Sequence record: PQ492658.1
Reading direction: 5' to 3' (one strand)
DNA length: 32,000 nucleotides
DNA from: Limnohabitans phage DC31
Position 1 is the first letter of the stretch. Every line of letters begins with the position of its first letter. The position numbers and the translations under genes are program-made. Positions 22,495 through 31,751 of the stretch are shown one piece after another. Under the pieces are notes generated by a model. It did no database searches. It was given only the letters and a program-made list of their open reading frames with translations, and was not told the DNA's origin.

Positions 22495-22506
22495 AATTAA
22501 TAATAT

Positions 22507-22535
22507 ATTATATCATTACTATTGACGATAATCAA
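22507..22535 (-). promoter_or_regulatory. sigma70-type promoter with extended -10, facing the lysis cassette
   Basis: Minus strand: TTGATT (22535-22530), 17-nt spacer, TGaTATAAT (22515-22507). Confidence 0.65.
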
Positions 22536-22542
22536 GGATTAT

Positions 22543-22983
22543 TTATGGAGATGTAGGCCACAATACATCAAAAGGGAATCCCTCTTGACTTGTAACATCA
22601 CGAAGATTTTGTCTGTATTCAGCCCAAGCTGCTTTATCTACAGATGCATCAGGTAATTGTGTCCAATCACTGTTACTAATTAGAGAGTTTCTGATATTTC
22701 TAACTTCTTCTGATTTTCTTGAAGTAATCAAAAGTTTTTCATTTTCAGTCATTTCTCTAATTGCGTATCCAAGTTTCCATTCACCATTGTCATAAGTAGG
22801 TGTTTCTTGTTTTTCACTAACTTGGAAAACACTACTTAAAAGTGGAGCATTCAATTTCTGAACAATAACTACATCCGATGGTAAATCTTGTGCAGTAATC
22901 GGTGAAGGAAAACAAGTATTTGGATAATCTTCTTGTAAATCAATCCATTTTACAAATTCATTGTTTTTTATAAGTGCGTACAT
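22543..22983 (-). CDS. tail fiber assembly protein / chaperone (Tfa family)
   Basis: C-terminal signature SNSDWTQLPDASVDKAAWAEYRQNLRDVTSQEGFPFDVLWPTSP. Located immediately downstream of the fiber gene. Confidence 0.75.
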   Translation of the reverse strand: MYALIKNNEFVKWIDLQEDYPNTCFPSPITAQDLPSDVVIVQKLNAPLLSSVFQVSEKQETPTYDNGEWKLGYAIREMTENEKLLITSRKSEEVRNIRNSLISNSDWTQLPDASVDKAAWAEYRQNLRDVTSQEGFPFDVLWPTSP

Positions 22984-22995
22984 AATTTCTTTCTT

Positions 22996-24786
22996 TTATG
23001 GGCTTGTTAATAGTGTCAAATTGTTTCCGACAGTAACAAATTTAGTACCTGTCCAAATAACATGATTTAGGTTTATGAATTTTGTATCAGCATCGTTACC
23101 TCTGATTGTCCAAGTTGTACCATTTGAACTTGTGAGAATTTTACCATTTTCACCAACTGCAACAAGTGTTTTACCTGACCAAGCAATACTCTTCAGTGTA
23201 GAAACACCAGACGGTAGTGTCATTTTTGTCCATGTACCTAAAGTTGTTGCAGTATATATTTCACCTGCAGTGCCCCATCTACCAACTAACATATATTTAT
23301 CACTTGTTTTTGCAATATCATAAAATGTTCTACTGCTGAAAGGTAAAGGAAAACTTGATTGACTAACAGAAGGGTCTGTTGTAGTTATAACACCATCGGA
23401 ACCTGTCAATACAACAAATTCAGCACCTAACCATCTGATTCTATACCTTGTTGAATAATAAGTTGTATCAGAAATTTCGGTCCAACTGACAGCATTATTC
23501 GTGCTTTTCCAAAACTTACCTGTTTGGGTAGAACCTGATATACTATTTCCAACAGCTAGATACATACTAGTTGTAGGTGACCAAGCAACACTTTGGATAC
23601 TATCTATAGTTGATGTAGAGTTTCGTAATGTCCAAGTTATCCCATCTGGACTTGTGAGAATTCTACCTACATTACCAACTGCAACAAATTGTGCATTTGC
23701 CCATATCACATCACTAACAAAACTTTGACTTGAAGGTAAATCTATCTTAGTTAAATTTAAACCTGTTCCTGTGGTATCGTAGTACATGTAACCATTTGTA
23801 CCAGCAGCAACTAATGTACCGTTACCAAATGCTGTACATTTAAGGTCTTCTCCTATCAAACTTTCAAAACTTATACCATCTGTTGTTTTATAAATACCAC
23901 CATCTGAAGTAAGCATGATAAATTTATCAACAAACCATCTTATTTTAGAAGGTTGTAAAAATCCAATATTTGCTGTTATACCAATACCACCTGTGTTTGA
24001 CTGAAGTTGTTTTGTCCAAGTTAACCCGTCTGTACTTGTTGCGGTTGTTGAATAATAACCAGAGGCAACAAATCTAGTACCTGACCACGCAACCGAAATT
24101 AAGTCACCTGATTCAATTGCAGTTCTGTGTGTCCAAGTTGTGCCATTTGAACTGGTTAAAATAGTGTAAAATTCTCCAACAGCAACAAAAAGACCATTTC
24201 CGTAAGTTACACCATATAAATACTGTGTTCCTGCAGGATTTGTTCTACTTGTCCAAGTTACACCATCTGGGCTTGTTAATATTACACCAGCAATTCCTAC
24301 AGCAACTAATAAACTACCTGACCAAGCAACACTGTATAACTCTGATACTACACCACTCACTCTTTGTGTCCAACCTATACCTGTAGTACTAGTATAAATA
24401 ACACCAGCAGTTCCAACAGCAACAAATTGTGTACCTGTCCAAACTACATCGGTAAAATTAAAACTAGTACCAATTGCTTCTAAAACCCAATCTATACCGT
24501 TTGCACTTGTATAAATGTTTCCCATAGCAGTCGCAACAAATATAGTACTATTTGATGTAATGGAACTTAAGCCATATGGGGCTGAAAAAGATATTGACCA
24601 GTTTGTCAGATCAGTACTTCTTACAATATCACCATTACCGCCAACTGCAACATACAAACCATCTTTGAGAGCAATGTCATACAGACTAGTTGTTGTTGCA
24701 GGAAGAGTTGTTCGTGTATTCCAGACTATACCTTCTAAACTAGCACCAGCAGCGCCCATGAGCATTTTTTGAGATATCGAATCCAT
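22996..24786 (-). CDS. tail fiber / receptor-binding protein made of Asp-box (BNR) beta-propeller repeats
   Basis: About 13 repeats of ..W[ST]G..FVAVG..G.I.TS.DG..WT.R, for example TSPDGVTWTSR, TSSNGTTWTHR, TSTDGLTWTKQ, TSPDGITWTLR, TSSNGTTWTIR. Confidence 0.7.
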   Translation of the reverse strand: MDSISQKMLMGAAGASLEGIVWNTRTTLPATTTSLYDIALKDGLYVAVGGNGDIVRSTDLTNWSISFSAPYGLSSITSNSTIFVATAMGNIYTSANGIDWVLEAIGTSFNFTDVVWTGTQFVAVGTAGVIYTSTTGIGWTQRVSGVVSELYSVAWSGSLLVAVGIAGVILTSPDGVTWTSRTNPAGTQYLYGVTYGNGLFVAVGEFYTILTSSNGTTWTHRTAIESGDLISVAWSGTRFVASGYYSTTATSTDGLTWTKQLQSNTGGIGITANIGFLQPSKIRWFVDKFIMLTSDGGIYKTTDGISFESLIGEDLKCTAFGNGTLVAAGTNGYMYYDTTGTGLNLTKIDLPSSQSFVSDVIWANAQFVAVGNVGRILTSPDGITWTLRNSTSTIDSIQSVAWSPTTSMYLAVGNSISGSTQTGKFWKSTNNAVSWTEISDTTYYSTRYRIRWLGAEFVVLTGSDGVITTTDPSVSQSSFPLPFSSRTFYDIAKTSDKYMLVGRWGTAGEIYTATTLGTWTKMTLPSGVSTLKSIAWSGKTLVAVGENGKILTSSNGTTWTIRGNDADTKFINLNHVIWTGTKFVTVGNNLTLLTSP

Positions 24787-24794
24787 TTTATTCC

Positions 24795-25490
24795 TTAAGA
24801 AGTATAATCAGCTAGAGCAGCACCTCTCCAACGAGTACCACCGTCATCTGTAACGAACATAAACAAGTGCGTTTTACCTGTAGTTAGTACAGGTGTAGTA
24901 TTTGAAGGCCACACTACTGTTGCTGGAAAAGTTACTGATCCGCTAGTATGTGTAAGTTCTAGTGTAAAACTAAAAGCTCTGGAAGCAGGTACGTTGGTAA
25001 ATGTAAAAGTACTATTTGCTGAGATTGTTTTGGTGAAATAATTACCAAGTGAACAATCAATAGCTAGGGCAGCTACTGCAGTAATAGAACTTCTCTGTGA
25101 TGCTAAAACATCCAAAGTTCCTGTACAAGTACCATCTACTACAGAACCTGTAAATCCTGAAATTTGCTTATAGTTAGTTGTATCAAGACTAGGATCAGTA
25201 GTTCCAGAACCACTAGCGGTAATTCTACGATATGCAATACCGTTGATCGGACTCCAGACTGCTGCACCGTTTGCGTATGTTGTACCACTTACCCACTTTA
25301 CTACGTTTGATACAGCGAGGGCAGCTTCTGAAGCTACTATAGTATTTGCTTCTCTGGTGTTGACGTTAACTTCTAAAGCATTTGCTTCAGTTTGAAACAA
25401 AGGTAGAGCGCCCAAGAATGCATCTGCTCTATCATTAAAGTTTGTAGGGTCTTGTCTACTTGGTGGTGTTGGTAGAGATGTAATTGGCAT
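24795..25490 (-). CDS. tail fiber protein (proximal or adaptor part)
   Basis: N-terminus LPTPPSRQDPTNFNDRADAFLGALPLFQTEANAL is a common phage fiber N-terminal motif. Ser/Thr/Gly-rich beta region. Confidence 0.55.
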   Translation of the reverse strand: MPITSLPTPPSRQDPTNFNDRADAFLGALPLFQTEANALEVNVNTREANTIVASEAALAVSNVVKWVSGTTYANGAAVWSPINGIAYRRITASGSGTTDPSLDTTNYKQISGFTGSVVDGTCTGTLDVLASQRSSITAVAALAIDCSLGNYFTKTISANSTFTFTNVPASRAFSFTLELTHTSGSVTFPATVVWPSNTTPVLTTGKTHLFMFVTDDGGTRWRGAALADYTS

Positions 25491-25505
25491 CTTTTTTCCT
25501 TATAT

Positions 25506-26858
25506 TTAAATTAAACCTTCAACCTGTAAATTACAGATAGAATGAGATGGGTATGAAATTTCTGTTGAAAAGTCTCTATAAAAACCATAGATAATCAAAG
25601 GCTCTTCAAATTGAATATCTGTGCTTGCTATCCATAAAACAGGTGTAGCTCTCAACTGATATAAAATACGTTGTACTCTATTTAAGTTAGAGTTGGTCAA
25701 TGATACACTTGCGTTCATTCGTTTACTAAAGTTTCGCTTAACGAAAGTTGTAGTACCAAATTCATCCGTATTCTTTCTTGAGTAATCAATGATACCAGCG
25801 CTAACACCATATTGAGTACTACCTAATGGTTTTAATTCACCACTAACGAATGTACCAACTGATATTGTACCACTACCTGTTATCTTAATGGTGATTAAAC
25901 CAGAGGATACTGCAGGAACATCTAAATAAAGACTTGTTGTTCTTTGTGTATCTTCATCATAGAAGAAATAACTAAACCAATCAAGTGCTTCGGAACCAGA
26001 CAACTGTTGTGAATTGTGATAGACAGCTTGCTTAGTACTTAAGTCTGTAACTGAAATAGATGTTTTACCTGCGCTGACATTTAATAGAGAAACAGTATCT
26101 ACTGCAGCAGAAGTAACAGCAAAGATGATATCGGAAGTAGAAGAGGATACACTGCTGATTTGATCATCAAACATTGCCATCTTATTTGTAGGACCAGTTC
26201 TAACCCAATATGCATCTGTAAATGGATCAGCAATTGGTGGTGTGTGGTTTAAGTTCCCTGATTGTAAACTCTTGTATGTACCATAATTTTGGTATACAAC
26301 AACAGCACCTAGCGCATAAGTTGTTGCGCTAGACCATTCAGGATTACTTTCTGTAAGTGTAGTATACACTAAACCAGAACCGGAAATAACATCGGCTGCT
26401 CTTGTTACTGCAGCACTTGTTGTAGAAATCCAACTTGTTGCGGAAGCACCTAATTCCAACTGAGCTTTTTCTACAGTACCTGTAACTGTAAGAGTTAGTG
26501 TACCTGCTGTTGGTGTAAAGGTGTATGTCTTTCTTACAGGATACGCACCATCACCTACTACTGTAGCTGAATGTACACCTGACAAAACAACTGTTCCTGT
26601 ACCATAAAAAGATAAGGTATACTCGGAAGCAGTAACTGTTTTACTTTGTGTAGAAAGAGTAGCTGTGTTAAATAAAATGTTAGTCGCTGCATTTTCAATC
26701 AACACACCTCTAAACTCTTTTGTAATAGGTTCGTAGTTTATTCGCACCTCATTAATTGCAGCAGTCTGCATTGTACCAGTACTATCAAAGTAAGTACCAA
26801 TTGTACTTCTTGTAATAGAACCAGTAGTAGTCACCGAATCTGGTTTCACTAAATTCAT
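25506..26858 (-). CDS. tail tip / baseplate structural protein (putative distal tail protein with inserted carbohydrate-binding-like domains)
   Basis: Located directly downstream of the TMP. It has a Thr/Ser-rich beta region and a QLELGASATSWISTTSAAVTRAAD jelly-roll-like motif. It also has YALGAVVVYQNYGTYKSL..PP....AYWV, a CBM-like motif. Confidence 0.45.
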   Translation of the reverse strand: MNLVKPDSVTTTGSITRSTIGTYFDSTGTMQTAAINEVRINYEPITKEFRGVLIENAATNILFNTATLSTQSKTVTASEYTLSFYGTGTVVLSGVHSATVVGDGAYPVRKTYTFTPTAGTLTLTVTGTVEKAQLELGASATSWISTTSAAVTRAADVISGSGLVYTTLTESNPEWSSATTYALGAVVVYQNYGTYKSLQSGNLNHTPPIADPFTDAYWVRTGPTNKMAMFDDQISSVSSSTSDIIFAVTSAAVDTVSLLNVSAGKTSISVTDLSTKQAVYHNSQQLSGSEALDWFSYFFYDEDTQRTTSLYLDVPAVSSGLITIKITGSGTISVGTFVSGELKPLGSTQYGVSAGIIDYSRKNTDEFGTTTFVKRNFSKRMNASVSLTNSNLNRVQRILYQLRATPVLWIASTDIQFEEPLIIYGFYRDFSTEISYPSHSICNLQVEGLI

Positions 26859-26867
26859 ATATTATCC

Positions 26868-26897
26868 TAAAAATAACGGGGAACTTAATCCCCGTTA
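26868..26897 (-). terminator. rho-independent terminator-like hairpin after the TMP gene (minus strand)
   Basis: Minus strand TAACGGGG-ATTAAGTT-CCCCGTTA followed by TTTTT. Lies between the TMP stop and the next gene's RBS. Confidence 0.65.
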
Positions 26898-26898
26898 A

Positions 26899-29800
26899 TT
26901 AAACCAAAGTTGTTATTGTTAAAGATTCACCATCTTGGTTAACTCGCTCTAGAATCTTAGCAGTCTTAGCATTGTGTGATACATCTGCTCTTACTTCAGC
27001 ACGTAGACCTTGAATTTCAGTTACTAAGGCAGCTAATAATTCTTGGTTACTAGAAGCAGAACTAACAGTAGTTGCAGAACCACTAGCAGAGATTGATGAA
27101 ACATTTGCAATTGATGCAGTGCTTGTGGAACCTGATGTAAAGCCACCAGTGTATCCTAAAGTATCCTGCAATGACTGAGCAAGTCTAGCTCTAGCAAATA
27201 CAATATCTGTAGCACTTACAGCAGTAGAAGCAGCAACTTGTTCTAAACCTTTAGTGATTTCAGGAAGTTGAGCTAATGCATTTAAGTCACCAGAACGAGC
27301 TTGTGCAGTTAGAATAGCAAATTGAGATTCTAGACCTGCTTTACTAGTATCAACACCACGTAGGCGGTTAATCTCTTCAACAATACCAGAAGTTACTTCT
27401 GTTAATCTCTGCATTGCTTCAGCAGCTTTTGCATCAGCTTCCTGCTTGTCTTTCAATGCATTGATCTGATCGTATATACCTCTGTTAGTTTCATAAATTT
27501 GTTCACGTTCTCTAGCTCTTAAAGCTGCAGTATCGCCTTGTAATTCTAGAAGTTGATTTTCTAGTTTAAAGCGTTCCTGTAGAACTTGTTCACCTAACTT
27601 CTGTAAGGCATCGTAGCTTTCAAAACCAAGTTTCTTAGCAAGCTCATCACCGAATCCAGCAAGAGCTTCGTCAATCTTTTTCTTTCTATCTGAATCGCTC
27701 AAACCTTTTAGATTTAAGTCAATGCTTTTAGTTACACTATCTATTTCATCAGCTTCAATACCAAGAACATCTGCGTATGATTTTGTCGCCAATGTTAAAC
27801 CTGATAAAGATAGATTTAGATAATCTTGTAAACTTTCAGAAACAGCAGAATAATTTATACCTGATTTATTACTACGGAACCAACCACCTTTTTGGAACCA
27901 TTTCTCAAATGCTTTTACATCAGCACCTTGTGTTGTTAAAGTACCAACAATACCTTCCCCGGTAATCTGTTTAGCTTTCATACCAAACGCACGATTTGTT
28001 AAACCACTTATAGCACCTATACCAAGTGCAACCAATGGTCCCAAACCGGGAATAAAAGCTGCAGCTATCGTAGCTACGTTTTGTAAAGCAGTTACTGTTT
28101 TGTTGATTTCATAGCCTTGACTGATAAGTTTGTTAGCCATGACACCAGCAGCAGCACCAGCAACAGGAGCACCATAGGTAGCACCAGCATTAAATGCGGC
28201 AGAGGTAGGAGCACCTATAGAAGCAACAGGAGCACCCGTGCCAAAACCAGAGATTACACCTTGACCGAAAGCACCTGCAGCAGCACCAAGAGTTGTACCA
28301 CCAATAGCAATACCACCGATTTTACCAGCAATTGTACTACCAAGTGTACTACCTACTGCGCCACCTAACATACTGTTTAAACCTGAACTTATTGCTGTTG
28401 AAGCGATATCTACAACTGCTGAAACATGAATAGTAATTCGTCTAGTTAATTCAGCAACAACCAGATTTCTTAATTGTCTACTACCTGCTTTACCACCTTC
28501 AAAAAGAGCAGTAACAATAGCATCAGATACACCGTTGACAACTCTGGTATATTCTTCTTTGTAGTAAGCAACTTCAGCATCTACACCAGCCTTAGTAATA
28601 CTCTCTCTGGAAATTGCAATTGCTTTGTTTGCATTAATCATTGCTGTAACGTATGCACCACCAGCAGCTTCAACTTCTGCAAATGAAGAGTTAGGGTTGT
28701 TCAATACTTTTAGATATTGTACATACGCTTCTTGTTGAGCCTTGGTAAACTTAGAAATTTCTGCAGTTTGTCTTTTGGTTTCATCTGCTACTGCTTTGAT
28801 ACTGGCAGCTTCTGCACCATAAGCAGTCATTAGTCTATCCTGAAGTTCAATATCAATTCTCTTATTTTCAGCAGAATCTTCTTGAGCCTTAGCATATTCA
28901 TTGAAAGTCTTAGTACTAGCGTATGCTGCTTTTTCAAATTCTAATAAAGCAACTTGTTCTCTTGAACTAAAAGCAGAACCTATTCTAGCTTTAGTATCTT
29001 TTACTGTAGCATTAAACTCTTTAAAATCTTTATCTAGATTAATAATCTGTTCTTGAAGTTGTTTTCTATTCTCAGGGTCTTTAGCACTGCTAAAAGCTTT
29101 AGATAACAGAGCAGCTTGAGCTTCATAGGCAGTTTTGTACTTTGCAGTAAAACTATCAACAACATCTAATTGCTTTTGTTCACTTCTGCTTAATAGTGAA
29201 GTATCCTGAGAAATAAAATCAGCACGATCAATTAGTCCAGCATCAAATCTGGCTTTTAGAACTGCACGTTCATCTCTTGCAAAACCTTCAGCAAGTCTTA
29301 ATTGTTCAGCATAATCTTTTTGGATAATACTCAAATCTTTACTTGCTGCAACTGTAATTGCTGGAGCTTTTTCACCCTTATACTTATTTCTGATATTAGC
29401 AATTAATGTATCATATTGTACTTGTGAAATCTGACCACTTTTAACTAATTGTTGATACTTGCTTTCAGCTTCAGCGATTTCCTTCTTTTGCTTCATTGCA
29501 TTAGATGCATACTGAGATTGATCAGAAATGAACTCACCATATACTTTAGCAAGTCTAGCTTGATCAGAAAGTCTAGTTTGATCAGCGTCACTTGCTTGTT
29601 GTGTCAATCTTAACTGTTCTTTTAAAGAAGTCAATGCTGCATCATTCGCTGCTCTTGTAGCAGGAGATGCTTGAGTACCCATCTTAATAGTATTCTCAAG
29701 ATCAGCAATAGCTCTCTTAATAGCTTCAGTAGGTGATGTTTTTCTCCACAACCCTCTGAATACTTCATCAAAGAATTCAGCTACGTTTGATGATAAACCC

Positions 29801-31653
29801 TTGATGAATAAGGCAAAACCACTCAATTCAGTTTTAAGTCGATCTTTTTGTTGAATAGTAACATCAGCATAAGCCTTCATTGCAACAGCAGCGGCTTCAC
29901 TGGTTCTACCTTGTTGAGATAACTCATATGTTAGTTTGATTACTTCAGGAGAAACCATACCAGTTGCTTTAGCTACTTCGACCAATGCTTCAACTGGTTT
30001 TTCCTTTAACTTAGCAAACTGTTTTACTGTATCTTCAATTGCTACACCAGCCAACTTTAGGTTGTTTGCAGAAACAGCAACCATGTTGATTTCACCTGCA
30101 ACGAAGCCACCTTCTTTTGACATTGCTTGCATTGTCTTTAGTGCATTTGCTGTTGTTACACCAACTGAATTTAAAGAGTTAGCATAGGATATTGCAGCAG
30201 TAGTGTTAACACCTAAAGAAGCACCTGTTAGAACAAGTTGTGTAGTTAAAGCGTCTTGCTCTTTGATTACATCATAAAGACCTTTAGCTAATAATGCAAC
30301 AGCAGCAACCGCTACTACAGCACCAACCTTAGCAAACGATAAGAAAGACTGGATCATTCTACCGTTAGCAACTTCCATTAATCTGGCATATCTTGTATTT
30401 GAAATTAAACCATCGTCTAATTGTTTTAACGCATCTCTAGCTTCAGACAAACGCTTGAAAGGAGCAATGATACCATTGACTACGCTTTTACCTACACCTG
30501 CTAAAGCACCTGTTATTAATTGACCAACAGCAAGACCGATATCTTTAATACTTACAACCATTGCTTTACTGGCTTGTACAAGCATCTTACCCATCTCAGC
30601 ACCAGCTACACCAGCCAATGCAAATTGATCTCGTAACTGACCACCTTGTTGGAGCAAGACCATCATTGGTGATTGACCTGTAAGTAAACCTACACCAATG
30701 TCAGTAATCTGTGGACCCAACGCACGAGATAGGTAGTCAACCTGACGATTACCTGCAGCTTTTTGTACAGATAACAATGATGCCTTATATTTCTCTAATG
30801 TAGCAATTTGTTGATCTGCTGTCAAGCCTGTTTGTTTTAAAGCTTTCTCAAATTTAAGCAATTGATTATTAGTTGAACTAGTGATGCTACCATTTGATTC
30901 TGTCAAACGATTCACACGATCTATTTCATTACGAAGATATGCATAAGCTTTAGTAGAATCATTTTGTGCTTTGATTTGTGCCTTCATACTGTTAGTACGA
31001 GCATCATTAGCTTGATTAATTTGTACACTCTTACGAATCAACTGCTCGTATTCAGCAGATAGACCACTAAGACTTCTGCCTTCAATACCGTATAATGCAA
31101 TCAGACGCTCTTTCTCACGAGCTAAATCAGTCATTTGCTTTTCAGTTAAACCTAAGTTTTTATTGAACAAATTACTGATTTCAGTAGTTGTCTTATATTC
31201 GTTGTTTAACTTTTGCATCAAACCAATGCTTTTGTCGAATGGATCACCACCAATCAAAGTACGTTGTGTTTTCAACGTATTGTTTAGCTGAATCATTTCA
31301 TCGTCTAAAGCACCTGCAGCTTTCGCTGTGGCTAAAATAGAAGCTTGACCTTTAGAGTTACCTTGAGCCATGTACTCAAGAATAAGGTTCTGACGTTCCA
31401 AGGTAGAGATAGACTTACCTGTTGCTTCTGTTGTTTTTGTTTGTGCTTGTTGAAGCTTTAATTGAGCCAATGCAGCTTTAGCAGCAGCTTCTTCAGCTTT
31501 GGACAATTCTTTGTTACTCTTTGCAGATTCTTTAGATAAATCCTGCATTGGTTTGTTAAGTTTAGATACTGCTGTACCTAATTCTGCAACTCTAGTGGCT
31601 GCAGTCTCCAATTCTTTCGTATCAACTACGAACTTTAATTCTGCTAAATCCAT
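26899..31653 (-). CDS. tail tape measure protein (1584 aa)
   Basis: Very long, Ala/Gln/Lys/Glu-rich helical protein with a Gly/Ala-rich hydrophobic segment (..GGAVGSTLGSTIAGKIGGIAIGGTTLGAAAGAFGQG..). Located downstream of the chaperone and upstream of the tail-tip genes. AGGAG RBS. Confidence 0.85.
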   Translation of the reverse strand: MDLAELKFVVDTKELETAATRVAELGTAVSKLNKPMQDLSKESAKSNKELSKAEEAAAKAALAQLKLQQAQTKTTEATGKSISTLERQNLILEYMAQGNSKGQASILATAKAAGALDDEMIQLNNTLKTQRTLIGGDPFDKSIGLMQKLNNEYKTTTEISNLFNKNLGLTEKQMTDLAREKERLIALYGIEGRSLSGLSAEYEQLIRKSVQINQANDARTNSMKAQIKAQNDSTKAYAYLRNEIDRVNRLTESNGSITSSTNNQLLKFEKALKQTGLTADQQIATLEKYKASLLSVQKAAGNRQVDYLSRALGPQITDIGVGLLTGQSPMMVLLQQGGQLRDQFALAGVAGAEMGKMLVQASKAMVVSIKDIGLAVGQLITGALAGVGKSVVNGIIAPFKRLSEARDALKQLDDGLISNTRYARLMEVANGRMIQSFLSFAKVGAVVAVAAVALLAKGLYDVIKEQDALTTQLVLTGASLGVNTTAAISYANSLNSVGVTTANALKTMQAMSKEGGFVAGEINMVAVSANNLKLAGVAIEDTVKQFAKLKEKPVEALVEVAKATGMVSPEVIKLTYELSQQGRTSEAAAVAMKAYADVTIQQKDRLKTELSGFALFIKGLSSNVAEFFDEVFRGLWRKTSPTEAIKRAIADLENTIKMGTQASPATRAANDAALTSLKEQLRLTQQASDADQTRLSDQARLAKVYGEFISDQSQYASNAMKQKKEIAEAESKYQQLVKSGQISQVQYDTLIANIRNKYKGEKAPAITVAASKDLSIIQKDYAEQLRLAEGFARDERAVLKARFDAGLIDRADFISQDTSLLSRSEQKQLDVVDSFTAKYKTAYEAQAALLSKAFSSAKDPENRKQLQEQIINLDKDFKEFNATVKDTKARIGSAFSSREQVALLEFEKAAYASTKTFNEYAKAQEDSAENKRIDIELQDRLMTAYGAEAASIKAVADETKRQTAEISKFTKAQQEAYVQYLKVLNNPNSSFAEVEAAGGAYVTAMINANKAIAISRESITKAGVDAEVAYYKEEYTRVVNGVSDAIVTALFEGGKAGSRQLRNLVVAELTRRITIHVSAVVDIASTAISSGLNSMLGGAVGSTLGSTIAGKIGGIAIGGTTLGAAAGAFGQGVISGFGTGAPVASIGAPTSAAFNAGATYGAPVAGAAAGVMANKLISQGYEINKTVTALQNVATIAAAFIPGLGPLVALGIGAISGLTNRAFGMKAKQITGEGIVGTLTTQGADVKAFEKWFQKGGWFRSNKSGINYSAVSESLQDYLNLSLSGLTLATKSYADVLGIEADEIDSVTKSIDLNLKGLSDSDRKKKIDEALAGFGDELAKKLGFESYDALQKLGEQVLQERFKLENQLLELQGDTAALRAREREQIYETNRGIYDQINALKDKQEADAKAAEAMQRLTEVTSGIVEEINRLRGVDTSKAGLESQFAILTAQARSGDLNALAQLPEITKGLEQVAASTAVSATDIVFARARLAQSLQDTLGYTGGFTSGSTSTASIANVSSISASGSATTVSSASSNQELLAALVTEIQGLRAEVRADVSHNAKTAKILERVNQDGESLTITTLV

Positions 31654-31713
31654 AGCATTTTCTCCTGTTATAAACGGAATTCTATCTATATAAACTGCAT
31701 CAATTCATATAGA

Positions 31714-31746
31714 TAAAAGCTCTGATTTATTTTACTAAATCAAAGC
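31714..31746 (-). terminator. hairpin plus U-tract after the chaperone gene (minus strand)
   Basis: Minus strand GCTTTGATTTA-GTAAAA-TAAATCAGAGC (10 of 11 bp) followed by TTTTAT. Confidence 0.5.
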
Positions 31747-31751
31747 TGATA

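Noticed and set aside
23075-31693. + strand ORFs inside the tail genes (23075..23323, 23501..23728, 24515..24772, 27777..27965, 28117..28368, 28474..28686, 29936..30187, 31499..31693)
   Set aside because: They are antisense to long, well-supported structural genes. For example, 28117..28368 is a Ser/Thr/Cys-rich mirror of the Gly/Ala-rich TMP segment.
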